Shown: positions 25,701 to 38,302 of the stretch, piece after piece
Numbering within the stretch: the first letter of the stretch is position 1
How the letters are laid out: each line of letters opens with the position of its first letter
NCBI RefSeq assembly: GCF_001194135.2
Contig: NC_069003.1
Coordinates: 9,879,401 to 9,943,400, forward strand
Length of the DNA stretch: 64,000 bases
Direction of reading: 5' to 3'
DNA from: Octopus bimaculoides
Taxonomy: Eukaryota
Notes under the pieces: generated by a model
What the model was told of the DNA's origin: nothing
Databases searched by the model: none
The model's input: only the letters and a program-made list of their open reading frames with translations
Position numbers and translations under genes: made by a program

Positions 25701-27385
25701 ACCCATGAACCCACAAGGCAAGGATCTCTCAGCTGAGAGTAGTGAGCGGGATGGATGTAAAGAAGATGCTTGTATGTATGGATGGCCACAATTTTACTTA
25801 ACTTGATGTGTTTTCTCAGGCATTGCAAACTGCCAAAAGTCTCGGTCCCTTGTTATCTCCTCTGCGAGGCCCAACATCTGAAGATCCTTTCTTAACATTT
25901 CAACAAAACAGGAATTAGGAAAATCTTTTAGCATTATATATTCACTATTACATATAACAAATGAAACATGTATAATGGCGCATAACTAATACCAACAAAA
26001 TTTTACAAATTCCTGTTCTGTTATATAATATTCTGCAAATAATATTTCCAGAACTTTCAACTCTAATATGTACCATACATCAATGCAACAATAACAACAA
26101 CTACATACTGGATTGTAATACAAGAATAAGCAGATGTGCTTCAAGAGGATACAGCCTGGTTATCATTTATTCTGCAGTCTTCAAAATCATTTAGACAGAA
26201 AAAATATGAATTCTGTACATTATAAAATATATTCTTATATGGTTAGCAAAATAGCTTCTTTGTCAGTTACACACGATGAACAACATTTTAAGTATTGAAT
26301 CTCACCAGGCTTTCTTTTTGCTTCAAAACAGTTTAAGCTTCCTTTTACGATGTACTGTCTGTGCTTCATATCGAATGATTGCTTGTCTGTCATAATAAGC
26401 TGATTTCTAGGTAGTCATATATATCTTCTACAGTAAAACACCTATTCTTCCCCTACTCTGGTCCCTTCTCTCATGCTTTTAACCATCCTTTGTCCCTCAT
26501 TGGCAAGCATATAGCTGCCTTCCTCCCCTTGCCATGGTTTGTAGTCCTGCAAGCTGCATGATAGCCTTACTAGTGTTGGTAGCATGACAAAAGCACCTTG
26601 TACATGCTGTAAAGTGGTTTTTATTAGGAACGGCATCCAGATGTAGAAACAACACCGAAGCAGATACTCAAGAATGGTACAGTCCTTTGGCCCATCGGAT
26701 CCTGATGCAGCTCTTCAGCTTACCAGCTTTAGCCAAACCATCCAATTCATACCAGCATGGAAAGTGGACCTTAAATGATGATGATGATGATGAGATGATG
26801 ATGATGATGATATGTTTGTAGTATAAGATATTTTTTGCTTGAAGCCATAAAGCCATTTTCTCATGAATTTCTGCAGGTGAGAAACTGAGAACATTTCCTT
26901 AGATAGAATTTCTGCAGGTGAGAAACTGAGAACATTTCCTTAGATAACACCTTGCAGTAGTGGCTTCTTGGTTTCCATCAAATAAAATAATTATGCTCTT
27001 TGTCATGTGTTAAGTACTTTTCCTCATGCTTATTACTGTTTACATATATTATATATCATTATCATCATCATGATATATGTCTTCTGTGGTGGCATGGGTT
27101 GGATGATCAGATAGGATCTGACAAGCTGGAGGACTATGCTGAACTACAGTACCTACTTTGGTATGGTTTCAATGGGTGGAAGTTCTTCCTAATGTCACAC
27201 CATCATGATATTATCATCAATCATAGGCGTAGGAGTGGCTGTGTGGTAAGAAGCTTGCTTACTAACCACATGGTTCCGGGTTCAGTCCCACTGCATGGCA
27301 CCTTGGGCAAGTGTCTTCTACAATAGCCTTGGGCCAACCAAAGCCTTGTGAGTGGATTTGGTAGATGGAAACTGAAAGAAACCCG

Positions 27386-27440
<55 letters not shown>

Positions 27441-28774
27441 ATATATATATATATATTTTATATATATATGTATGCATGTATATGTTTGTGTGTCTGTGTT
27501 TGTCTCCCCAACATCACTTGACAACTGATGCTGGTGTGTTTGCGTCCCCGTAACTTAGCAGTTCAGCAAAAGAGACTGATAGAATAAGTACTAGGCTTAC
27601 AAAAATAAGTCCTGGGATCGATTTGCTCAATTAAAGGTGGTGCTCCTGCATGGCCGCAGTCAAATGACTAAAACAAATAAAAGAATAATCATTCTACATC
27701 AGTTTTCCATGCTGGCATAGGTTGGATGGGTCAGCACAGTCTGAGTTTTTTTCTTTCTTAGAGCTACCACTCCCAAAGATCGGTGTTTATATTATCATTT
27801 GGATTGGTTTCTATGGCTGGGTGCACCCTCTTATTGCCAGCCACTTCACAGAGTGTACTCTGGGTGCATTTTCTTGAAGCATCAACAGACATGGTTGAGA
27901 GAAGAAATGAAACATCAGAAGAAACAAAATGAAATTTGAAGGAACAAGAGTGTGATGGGAAAGTATGATGACACATCTCTACTACTGCTAATCACTCATA
28001 CACACACACACTGAGTCAACAACTAATCTTTCCCACCACCATACATCTCCTCACCACCACCACCATCTCTCTTCCCCACCCACTCCTGAAACCCTACCAA
28101 ACATTATCCCTCTTTCTCATCCTTCTCCTTCTCAGCATAATAAGTCATCTCCTACACCCCCCACTTCCCTCATCACTTTATGGGCTCAACTCAGTCACTC
28201 CCACCTACTCTTTTAATATGTAAGTAGTCATGTAGGTCCTTTACAAAAAGAAACCTGTTCTACTCTGGCCCCTACTCTCATGCTTTTACCTTGCTTTTGC
28301 CCCTCGTCTCCTAGCAGAAAGTTGCCTCACCCCCGTCCCTGGTGTTCATAGTCTTGCAAACTGCATGATGGCCAGGCTAGTGCTAGTGGCATGAAAACAA
28401 AAGTTCACAGTACACACTGTAATGTGGCTGGCATCAGGAAAGGCATCCAGCTGTAGAAACTATGCTGCTAGACATAGAACAATGCAGTCCAACCCTTACC
28501 AATATGGAACATGGATGTTAAATGATGATGATGATATTGCAAGAAGACCTGTCTGCCACGACAGAGTTGAAATTCTAAAACCAAGGTGTGGGTGCTGGTT
28601 CCAGGTAAAAAGCACAGGTGATGGTGTCATGCAGAAAGCACTCAGTGCACTCTGTAAAGAGATTGATGTTAGGAAGAGCATCTAGCTGTAGAAGCCAAGC
28701 CAAAAGAGAATATAAGAATCTGGTGCAGCCTCTAGTCTTGCCAGTTCCTGTCAAGCTGACCAACCCATGAAGAT

Positions 28775-28805
<31 letters not shown>

Positions 28806-29349
28806 GGCCTATGCAAAGCTTTTAGTTGGTCATGCCAGATATGATATGCTGGACATAGCACGAAGGATATCCTAGCAAGAAGGATATGAAAGTTCCTTTA
28901 CATAAAGTATATATGTAATCAATGCAAGATGCATATGATTTCTGTATGGCAGCTTATGCATAAATATAAGATCACATAGTGAGTGTGCATGATGTACTTA
29001 CAAATAACATAATAGAGTAAAGAACTAAAATAACTTTTATGTATATATATATATATATAAAGGTACTTCTTTTTCGTCAAAAGGAACCTTCTTTGCATCT
29101 AACAGAGAGAGTAATCTTGCTCAAAAATTATGTCCCTCAGTGGCATACCCTGAGTGTGACCTGTCAGAAGTAGCACTTGAATTTGTCCCCTGTCCCAGAG
29201 TCAGTCCCAAGGCTATAATGAAGGACTAAGTGTGCCTCCTAATAAAAGCATCAGTAAGGGCAGATTGACTCCTCATCTCTTTTTAGTTACTCTTACTGAT
29301 GCCCTACCAACTGGCCCACTTGCTCCTTAAGCTCTGTTCCTTTGTACAT

Positions 29350-29684
29350 GTGTATATAAAAAAAAAAGGAGCACTCCATCAGTTACGACAATGAGGGTCT
29401 CAGCTGATATGATCAATAGAACAGCTTGCTCGTGAAATTAACGTGTAAGTGGCTGAGCACTCCACAGTGCCTTTAACATTGTTCTCAGGGAGATTCAGCA
29501 TGACACAGTGTAACATGGCTGGCCCTTTGAAATACAAGTACAACTCATTTTTGTCAGCTGAGTGGACTGGAATAGTGTGAAATAAAGTGTCTTGCTCAAG
29601 GACACAACGCGTCGCCAGGAATTGAACTCATGACCATACGATCATGAGCCAAATGTCCTAACCACTAAGCCACATGCCTTCACA
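29350..29684 (-). mobile_element. SINE family D (tRNA head + TGTGTCCTTGAGCAAGACACTTTATTTCAC block)
   Basis: A-box TGGCTTAGTGG, B-box GAGTTCAATTCC. Related: 14350-14740(-), 16582-16915(+), 43720-44015(-), 60790-60930(+), 47030-47450(-). Confidence 0.75.
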
Positions 29685-29708
29685 TACACATGGATAGATA
29701 GACTTATG

Positions 29709-29745
<37 letters not shown>

Positions 29746-30451
29746 ATATCTGCTCACCCTCTCTCATATTTCAACTCCTCATAAAGCTGATCACACCCTC
29801 CCTTAAGGTTTGTAGATCAGCCAGCTGCAAGGTGACTTCAACAGTGTTCATGCTGTCAAGTGGTTAGCATTAGGAAAGACATGCAACTGTAGAATCTTAT
29901 ACCAAAGCAGACACTTGAGTGCCTCTCAATGCACTCATCGGATCCATCAGATCCTGTTTGACTGTCTAACCCATGCTAGCATGAAACATGGATGTTCAAT
30001 GATGATCATAATCGTGATCATATATCTGGGAGGGGCGGGGCATCCAGCTGTAAAAACAATGCCAAAGCAGACAATTGAGCCTGGTGCATTTCTCTGGCTT
30101 GTCAGCTCTTGTCAAACTGTCAAACCCATGCTAGCATGGAAAACAGACTTTAAATCACTGGTTCTTGTCTATTTTTTTTTTTTTTTTTAACTAGGGCCCC
30201 TTTGATTCCTATTTTACTCAGATGGGCCCCTCATAGCCATTTGATGCATTAAAAAATCCTATTATATTTTTATAACTAAATATTATCTGGAATTCTAGGA
30301 AAAAAAAAAATTATTGTTAAAATATTTTGTGAATTGTAGAAGAGTAACCAATTTATTACCCCCTAAACTTTAAAACAACAAAATCTTATATGAACCCCGA
30401 AGGGTCATATGGGCTCCGGTTAAGAACCACTGTTTTAAATGATGATGATGA

Positions 30452-30493
<42 letters not shown>

Positions 30494-31499
30494 GCACCCG
30501 TACACACATATACACTCACAGAGTCTCTGCTATATTTACTCTAGTTTGATTTGCCCAATACTAAAACAGTACACAGTGCACCAGATTTTCTCTTTCTGGT
30601 CTGTTGGCTGGTTATGATTCATCACAATTCAATACAATGAAATCAATAAAATATAATAACATTTAGTAAGATCGGTGTCACACAGTTACTCACTAAACAG
30701 CACAGCTAAACTTAGTGGTGCTATTTTTTTTTTTGTTTTTTTTTTTTGTAGTTATTTATTTATTTTATTTTTGCAGTCCCATTTCATCGCTTTCCATAAG
30801 CTGACTGTCTTTTCTTTTTGTGGCATGACGTATTGATTTCATTAATATATTAGAGTAGAGACATTCCTGCTGCATCAAGATGCACGATGCAGTGTTTCCC
30901 CTGTTAGTACTACTGTGTGCCAAATACATCTCTTCTCTAAATCTACCACCCACGTCTATAGGCAACACATTATCAACAAACTACAACCACCATGAATTAT
31001 AACAACACCAGTTATAAAAATAAGTTTCTATTATCAATACAAATGTAGGAGGGACTTCTACGTGGTTACTCGACCTGTTAAAAATAGTAGCCAAATCTTC
31101 CTTAAATCACGCTTAAGAGTTCGTCTCTGTGTTTTTCTTTTTCTTTCTTTTTTCTTTTGTTCTAAATACATTAAATAATGTAAGTTTTATGCCAAGAAAA
31201 AAAAAAGGCGGAATGGTCATGACAGGAATGTCATTGATGATAGTTTCACAATCAAAACTAATCTACAACCAGGCATTAAGTGAGTCTCTGGACATTCGAC
31301 CAGCAAGAAATAGCAGTCGCGTCTCCCCTCAAATTAACCACCAGTAATCTTCTTATGCAAGTGGTTATATTAAGATAATATCGCCCCAGATACACTGGGA
31401 AATAAATGATAAATTTTTTAATCTGTTTAGTCACCGGAAGAATAATTTTCTTCACAACTTTTCTCAGTCAATGGTGACTTCGGGTTTAATAAGATAGTT

Positions 31500-31705
31500 A
31501 CGAACTACTCTCCGTGGTCGCTTAATCTGTCAGAAATAGCGGCTAAATCTCTTTTAAATCACACCCAACCAACATTATTTTAATTTTAAAAAAACGTATC
31601 ATTATAATTACGGATACATATCGTTTGAATAAAAGGCGGAATATTCACCGCTAAAGTGGTTTTTATCATAGGTTTGCTCGATTAGAGCAGGCCTGGGGCT
31701 AAACG
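31500..31705 (+). mobile_element. Repeat family E (..AGAAATAGCAGCCAAATCT..CATAGGTCTGCTCGAT..GACCTGGGGCTAAAC)
   Basis: Copies at about 2230-2330(-), 21200-21270, 31060-31120, 31290-31400, 31960-32170(-), 32520-32735, 34705-34915, 60195-60425, 61660-61720. Confidence 0.62.
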
Positions 31706-33078
31706 AGTCTTAGTCTGACTCATAAGATATGTCTAAGTGAAAAATGCACAGGACTACATTATTGAGCAAAACATATCCCAGCGATGTTACCCCAATTCTA
31801 TTAGTTATTATTGTTGTCGATGTTGTTCAACCCCCATGTCAGCTTTGATCGAGCAATGTTCCGTCACATTTGAAGAACGTGACATGAGGAATATTTGGGC
31901 ATCATTTCTCGCAGGTTGAACAAACACGCAGACGGAGGCTGCTTTGTTGACTCGTGTGACTCGTGTCAATCTACAGATGTTGTTTAACCCCAGGTCAGCC
32001 TCGATCGAGCAGACCTATAATCAAAGGCGTTCTAGTCGTGACCATCCATTCTCTTCTTTTACTTTTTCATCTTTTTAGTATACCAAGAACTACATGCTTC
32101 ATTGTGTCCCACTATGTTCATCGTAGTGATTCGACGGAGATTTAACTGCTATTTCTAGCAAACCGAGCAACCTTGTAGGCAGAGACTGCTTTATTGGCTT
32201 TGCATAGTTGTTATATATAATATCATGATGTCACGAAAATAGATTTCACGAACTCAGTCGTGGACTACATATTCTGTGGGGTTTATTATTATTATTATTC
32301 CATCGAGGTCGACTTAGCCTTTCATCCTTTCGTGGTCGATAAAATAAGCAACAGTTGTCCACTGGAGTCTATGTAACCTACATCACCTTCCTTTCAAAAT
32401 TGCTGGCTTTGTGCCAAAACTAGAAAGAACCATTATTATTATTATTATTATTATTATTTAAATAGTCCTCGTTATGACAAAGAGAACCGATATTTGCAAT
32501 GGAATGGTTTTAGACAAATGAATCGACTTCAAGCAGATCAAAAGTGGTTGGTCTATTAGACAGAAATAACACCCAAATCTCCCTCAAACCTGTCTTATAA
32601 ACAAAGGCACCTCGGTCCAGATATACTATGCGTGAATAAAATATGAAAGAAAGGAATGGTACGATGGTTACGGTTGGAATAGCTCTGATCATACGTCTGC
32701 TTAGTCAGTGCTGACCTAGGGCTAAACAACAAGTGATTTTTATTAATATTATTATTAAAGAAATGAAGCGTGGGGATTCGAACCTATAACGCAATGGAAG
32801 TAGATACTAATTGTGGTCGTGGTTTAAAACCCCACCAGGTTATCTTAGATCGTACAGACCTATGATTAAAGACACTCCAGTCGTGACAATCGCATCGTTT
32901 TAGCTGCAAGGCAACAGCATGACCAGAACCACATTATCAAACGTGTCTATGTTCTTCTTAACATCAAGACCACTATGTCTTCTAATTATTTTTCCAGGCA
33001 TAATATATATCTGGACCACATACGAGGACTAACAGTAAAATAGCGCTATTTATCTTTGCAAATATATAACATTAAATG

Positions 33079-33579
33079 CAGTGGAATCCGCTTATTATAA
33101 TCACAGACAATGTTATCGAACGGTTATATCGTGATCGATACTGATGGGTACCAAACACGCACAGGATAGTCTCACACTCTGTTTAATGTTATCAGCTAAT
33201 TATTATTATTATCATTATTTTTGTTATTGTTTTATATGTTTACTCCGTAAACCCCTCCATTTCTTCATTTGCATTTGCGTCCTTGTATGTTCTTTGTAGG
33301 TCCATGTGGTTAAAGGAAACATTATTATTATTATTATTTTAAAGGATCATTTCCAATTTGATCAAAATAAGCAGCTTGTACTGTATTCGAAGAATGGTTT
33401 CAACTACAGTGGAATCCGCTTATTGTAATTACAGACAACGCTGTAATAAATATGAATAAGTACTAAACACGCTCGGGGTATCTTCATGCTGTCTTCTGCC
33501 TAATGTTATCAGTCGGTCGTTATTATTATCGTTTAAAAGGCTCCCCCTCTAATTAGATCACAATAAGCGGCTTCTGCTG
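33079..33579. mobile_element. Two tandem pogo/Tigger-like MITE copies (33079-33383 and 33407-33579)
   Basis: Left ends CAGTGGAATCCGCTTATT; right ends AATAAGC(A/G)GCTT..(A/G)CTG-TA; shared interiors. Confidence 0.55.
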
Positions 33580-33964
33580 TATATGAAGAATGTTTTAAGA
33601 TCTTATTCCACTCATCTCTATGCATTGTTAGTCATCGACCACGCCCCCACTGCTGGCCCCCAAAGGGCCATGATTTTTAAATTTCACAACAGTTACATTT
33701 AAAAACCTGTTGCTTGAAATTAGAGCAAGCAAGAAAGGAAAGGAAAGCAAGCAGAGGCCACAAGAAGCAACGTATCATAAGGTGTTGGTAGAATAATGAA
33801 AATACTTATCAGTAGGCGAGAGAGAGACCAAAAAAAATCTATGTAGAAACAGCAGATATTTTCATTAAATTGTTGTCTTTTTTTTTTTTTTTTTTGCAGC
33901 TCGTTATGTCTTAGAGTCTGAGCAACATTTTTCAATGAATATTAAGAAAGAGATATGAACAAAC

Positions 33965-33990
33965 CTGACGGTAACTGTAGCTGCCAGCAT
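33965..33990 (-). CDS. HS1BP3: HS1BP3 coding exon 1 (MLAATVTV + AG of Arg)
   Basis: ATG at 33990-33988; 26 nt then GTTTGT donor; phase 2 joins exactly to exon 2 (AG+G=Arg, then QLKNPETG). Resembles the recalled human N-terminus MQSPAVLVTSRRLQN. Confidence 0.8.
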
Positions 33991-34314
33991 CTTGGAAATA
34001 GCAGACGATAGTCTGATCCACCTACCGAATCACGTTATCATCATCCACTTGCACTTTACCATGAGTTCTCGTTACAACGAGATTACAAAATTGTTTACTA
34101 CTTTTTCTTTGTTTTTTTTTTCAATTCCCGAGAAAATTTTCAGAATTTTCTTTAACTTTAATATTTTAAATATTTATTTTAGATATAGGTATTCGAATTC
34201 TAAAAATTATAGAGGATTATTTTTAATTCTTTTTAAAAAAATAAGTTTTTCGTGTTGTGTTATCGAAAGTGATATACCCATGATCCTCTTGCAGAATCCT
34301 CTGTCAGAACAACC
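33991..34314. promoter_or_regulatory. Putative bidirectional promoter and 5'UTRs shared by HS1BP3 (-) and UQCRB (+)
   Basis: 324 bp between two divergent ATGs, repeat-free, CpG-retaining; contains palindrome TCTCGTT-AC-AACGAGA at 34067-34082. TSSs not observable. Confidence 0.75.
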
Positions 34315-34342
34315 ATGGCCGGACGTCAAGCAATCAAGGAAG
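34315..34342 (+). CDS. UQCRB: UQCRB exon 1 (MAGRQAIKE)
   Basis: aaccATGG Kozak-like context, donor G|GTAAAT, phase 1 joins exon 2; resembles recalled human MAGKQAVSA. Confidence 0.85.
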
Positions 34343-35679
34343 GTAAATAAATAAATAGTCTTTCTATTTTATTAACTGATTAATTATTTTTTCATTTAAT
34401 TTCTAACCTGCAAGAAGTAATACTCCTACTGCTTTTCCCAAAACTTATGTAACAATTAAACACTTTGACCTTCGACTAACATTCATTTACTATGTCAACA
34501 ATGTTATCCAAGGACATTCTCTTATCTCTGATATTTTGGAGGAGAATTTTGTTTATCATCTCACCCGGTCTTCTTTATAATTCCTTTTCCATCTAGTATA
34601 TATGTTAAAGGAACATAAATCGACCTCAGTATATGACTGAATATACTTAATTTTTATTTCTAGTACTCTTTTTGAACAAACACCTCAGCATTCGTACTTC
34701 GTTATTTCGAACCAACGAAGGAATCTCCACGCGGTTTGTTCGATCTGTTTGGAATAGCTTCGAAATTTACTTCGATTTACACGCACCTGTCGTCTTACGA
34801 GTTGATGGATACATTAAACTGTGTGCTCCAAGCCGTATAAAAAACTGAAAAACGTTATGGTCATGGTTGGAAGGTATTTCCTCATAGATCTACTCGGTCA
34901 CGTCCGACCCGAGTTCATTCACCTTCTCTATTTTTACCTATCAGATCCAAATTTGATTCATATCACACACCTGTCGTTTTATGATGAATAATTTTGGACT
35001 ATATGATCCAATTTGTATATAAATTAAAAAGACTGTGCAGTCGTGGTTGGAACGCTTTTGATCAGAAGTCTGTTCTGTGACGTCTGACCTAAGATTAAAC
35101 AATTTGTCCTCCCCAGCTTTTTTACCTATCGAAAATCTGTGAAGAAACGACATTGCACATGATAATCTCTAACGTGCTCCTGTCTTCTAAACAAAATTAA
35201 ATTAATTTCTACATCGAATATCTTGGCAACCACTTAAGGTTTTTTTTTTTTTTTTAACTGTTTTCCCCCTCCACCAGTAATTTCTTTGGTATTTACTCTG
35301 CGTTAAACTTGAAATCTTGAAAAACAAAATGTGTTGTACGTAATTTGTATGTGTATGCAACCACCATTTCCTTTCTCTTTTTTTTTTTTTTAACATTAAA
35401 TTCCGACATAATCGTAATATACACCCCCTGAAAGATATTTGTAGAAATTTTCATGAAAAACTACCCGTTTTCTGAAAGTTAGGAGGAAACAAAGTCGAAA
35501 CTCCTCCCCCTTCCCCTCCGAAAAATTTTTGCACAGAAGATTCCATCATAATCGAAATCTACACCTTCTGAAAGATATTTGCAGGAAATTTCACTAAAAG
35601 TTACCCATTTTTCTGAAAGTTATGAGGAAAGTCAGGCAGAGTCACACTGGTTTTTCAGTAGCTACTGTTCATCAGGCTT

Positions 35680-35905
35680 GGCAATCACAGCCCATGTTTC
35701 AGTCATTTAGCATAGCTGTTCGCACTCAGGCATTATAGAATCTGCCTTTCACTCTGAGAGAGAGGCCCTTTGTTGCTAGCAGAGGCACGAGCTCTCTGAA
35801 CTTTGTCCAGCCTAATCTTATTCTCACAGCTATGCTCTCTGAACAACCACCTCCACTACTAACTCGGTCACCTAGATGGCAGAAGCTATCTACTACCTCT
35901 AGCTT
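35680..35905 (-). mobile_element. RTE-clade LINE reverse-transcriptase C-terminal fragment in UQCRB intron 1
   Basis: LEVVDSFCHLGDRVSSGGGCSESIAVRIRLGWTKFRELVPLLATKGLSLRVKGRFYNA, then decayed VRTAML..ETWAV. Confidence 0.8.
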
Positions 35906-36076
35906 GCCCCACTGGCAGTTGAGAGAGAGAAGGGAAATTATTTTCAAGTCAGATTTTAGTGTTATACGTTAACCCTGACTAACGATTAATATTTTTAATT
36001 GAATATAATTTGATATTTTTTCATATATTTTTTTCTATCTCCTGTATATCTGATAATTTGAAAATATTTCTTTTAG

Positions 36077-36139
36077 CTCCAGCCTGGTATAGAGTTCTCC
36101 AGCAATGGTTTTACAATCGGTCTTACTTTAACCAACTTG
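36077..36139 (+). CDS. UQCRB: UQCRB exon 2 (APAWYRVLQQWFYNRSYFNQL)
   Basis: Acceptor ttttag, donor GTAAGT, 63 nt; W(F/Y)YN..(G/Y)FN.LG motif of cytochrome b-c1 subunit 7. Confidence 0.92.
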
Positions 36140-36904
36140 GTAAGTCACTTATTTTCCTATTGGTTTCAGTCATTGAACTGCCTTTGAAGTTTTTATCAAT
36201 TAAATCAGGGGTTGGGGAACGTTTTTAACCAATTACTCCAAAATTTATTTATGCTGATGTTATCCCCTTGATTTGAAAGGAAGAAAGTCATAGATTCTTT
36301 GAATTCATAAGGTTTATTGAATCTATTTATATGGAGAATACAATTATAAATAGTATAAAGCAAATATGATGAAATGGAGCCTGGTGCAGCTATCTGGTTC
36401 GCCAGTCCTCAGTCAAATCGTCCAACCATGCTAGCATGGAAAGCGGACATTAACCCCCTCACTCTTCGCTAACTATCTTTTCTCCGCTCACCATTCTTTG
36501 TCTTAATAACCCCACCAACCTTCCTCCCCCCCATCCAAAAAAATACACCTAGCTCTTTGACCTTCTTTGCATTAAAATCTGGAATGTAAGATCTTTTCTA
36601 TCCTGATAATGGAGACTTATCTTATCCAGTGTTGATTGTATCCATTATGGCTACATATTATGAAGAACCACATCTACCAACATCATTATGGATCTCCAAG
36701 CCCCCAGAAACAGCTGTTGGATTTATAACACCTTTAATTTTCTCTGTTGTTTGTACTCTAAGTTGGACCTATTAATACGAATATTTATATATATTTATAC
36801 TTAAAAACTTATCATCTGAAAGTTTCCACCTCTTGCTTTCTCTTGTTTTGCATGTATACATATATACAAATTTTGTATTTCATACACAAAGTAATATGTT
36901 TAAT

Positions 36905-37134
36905 ATACAGAAATAAATTTATTTCTCAAACGCATGATAATGCTATAAATAGCATGATCAGGATAAATTATCCATATTATGCAGAAAAATACGTTGCCGG
37001 CCAGCCATGAGACTTGAACTCCGAGTTTCATGGCTGGCCGGCAACATATTTTTCTGCATAATATGGATAAATTATCCTTTATCACGCTATTTATAAAATT
37101 ATCACGCATTTGAGAAATAAATTTATTTCTGTAT
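36905..37134. repeat. 230-bp foldback in UQCRB intron 2
   Basis: About 110-bp arms, about 8-nt loop near 37015-37022; GC core TTGCCGGCCAGCCATGA / TCATGGCTGGCCGGCAA. Confidence 0.9.
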
Positions 37135-37585
37135 CTTACAATACATCTCAACGCTTCTAAAAAAAAAAATCTTTGTTTACTTTCATCGTAAAGTTGAATT
37201 TAATATATCTAATTTAACTGCATAATTGCCTCGATATCATCTCAACTTGAGCCCTCTTACAACCATTCTTTATTTTGTGGAATCCATCCCCTGTAAGACA
37301 TTGGAGTCTAAGTTTGAATCTTTTGAACACTACATAGTGTCTTTTATACTGAGAATCTCCGGATCTCATGTGTAGACTATATATGTGTGTTTATATATAT
37401 ATGTGTAAATATATAAGGAGAATTCACAAAAAAACAACAGATGAAGACAGGTGGTGTAGAAAACAAACAGATGTATTAATATAACGCTCGAGAATTGAAA
37501 AAGTTTTTAATGTTTCGAGCCTGCGCCCTTCCACAGAAAGAAACAAGGAGAGAAAAAAATGTGTGTAGTGGTTAGCGATCTATCA

Positions 37586-37625
<40 letters not shown>

Positions 37626-38072
37626 ACCAAATAATTCAGGAGAAAATATTTGCGAAGATGTTATTGACACCTATTATCTAGTGTAACAATTAAAAATGAT
37701 AATAACAGAATCAATAATGTAGGTGATTGCAGGCCCAAAAAGGCATTAAATAGCTGAAGGATTAAGATTAATCAAAGGACATATCATGTATGTCTACCTG
37801 CTGGAAATAACAGTCAAAACTCTTATCTAAATCTCTGAAAATACACTGATAATAATTACAGAAATCAACCATCTGAGGGCAAATGGGCTAAGACAATCTC
37901 TCGGCATACATTCAAGTATTTGGACTCACATGGACCAGTTTCTGGACTGGTTTTATTCTATCGGTCTCATTTTTGCCGAACCACTAAGTTACGAGGACGC
38001 AAACACACCACCATCGGTTGTCAAGCGATGCTGGGGACACAAACAGACACACACACATACATATATATAATA

Positions 38073-38302
38073 GGCGAGCTGGCAGAAACGTTAGCACACC
38101 GGGCGAAATGCTTAGCCGTATTTCGTCTGCCACTACGTTCTGAGTTCAAATTCCGCCGAGGTCGACTTTGCCTTTCATCCTTTCGGGGTCGATTAAATAA
38201 GTACCAGTTACGCACTGGGGACGATATAATCGACTTAATCCGTGTTTGTCTGTCCTTGTTTGTCCCCTCTGTGTGTAGCCCCTTGTGGGTAGTAAAGAAA
38301 TA
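38073..38302 (+). mobile_element. SINE family B (GCCTTTCATCCTTTCGGGGTCGAT..AAATAAGTACCAG core)
   Basis: GGCGAGCTGGCAGAA head and GAGTTCAAATTCC B-box-like motif. Other copies: 61952-62111(+), 58290-58540(+), 13905-14046(-), 2740-2910(-), 47140-47240(-), 47470-47575(-), 56050-56220(-), 32300-32420(+). Confidence 0.82.

Noticed and set aside
26865-26946. Perfect 41-bp tandem duplication (and a 30-bp one at about 55141-55198)
   Set aside because: Two-unit local slippage duplications with no further structure.
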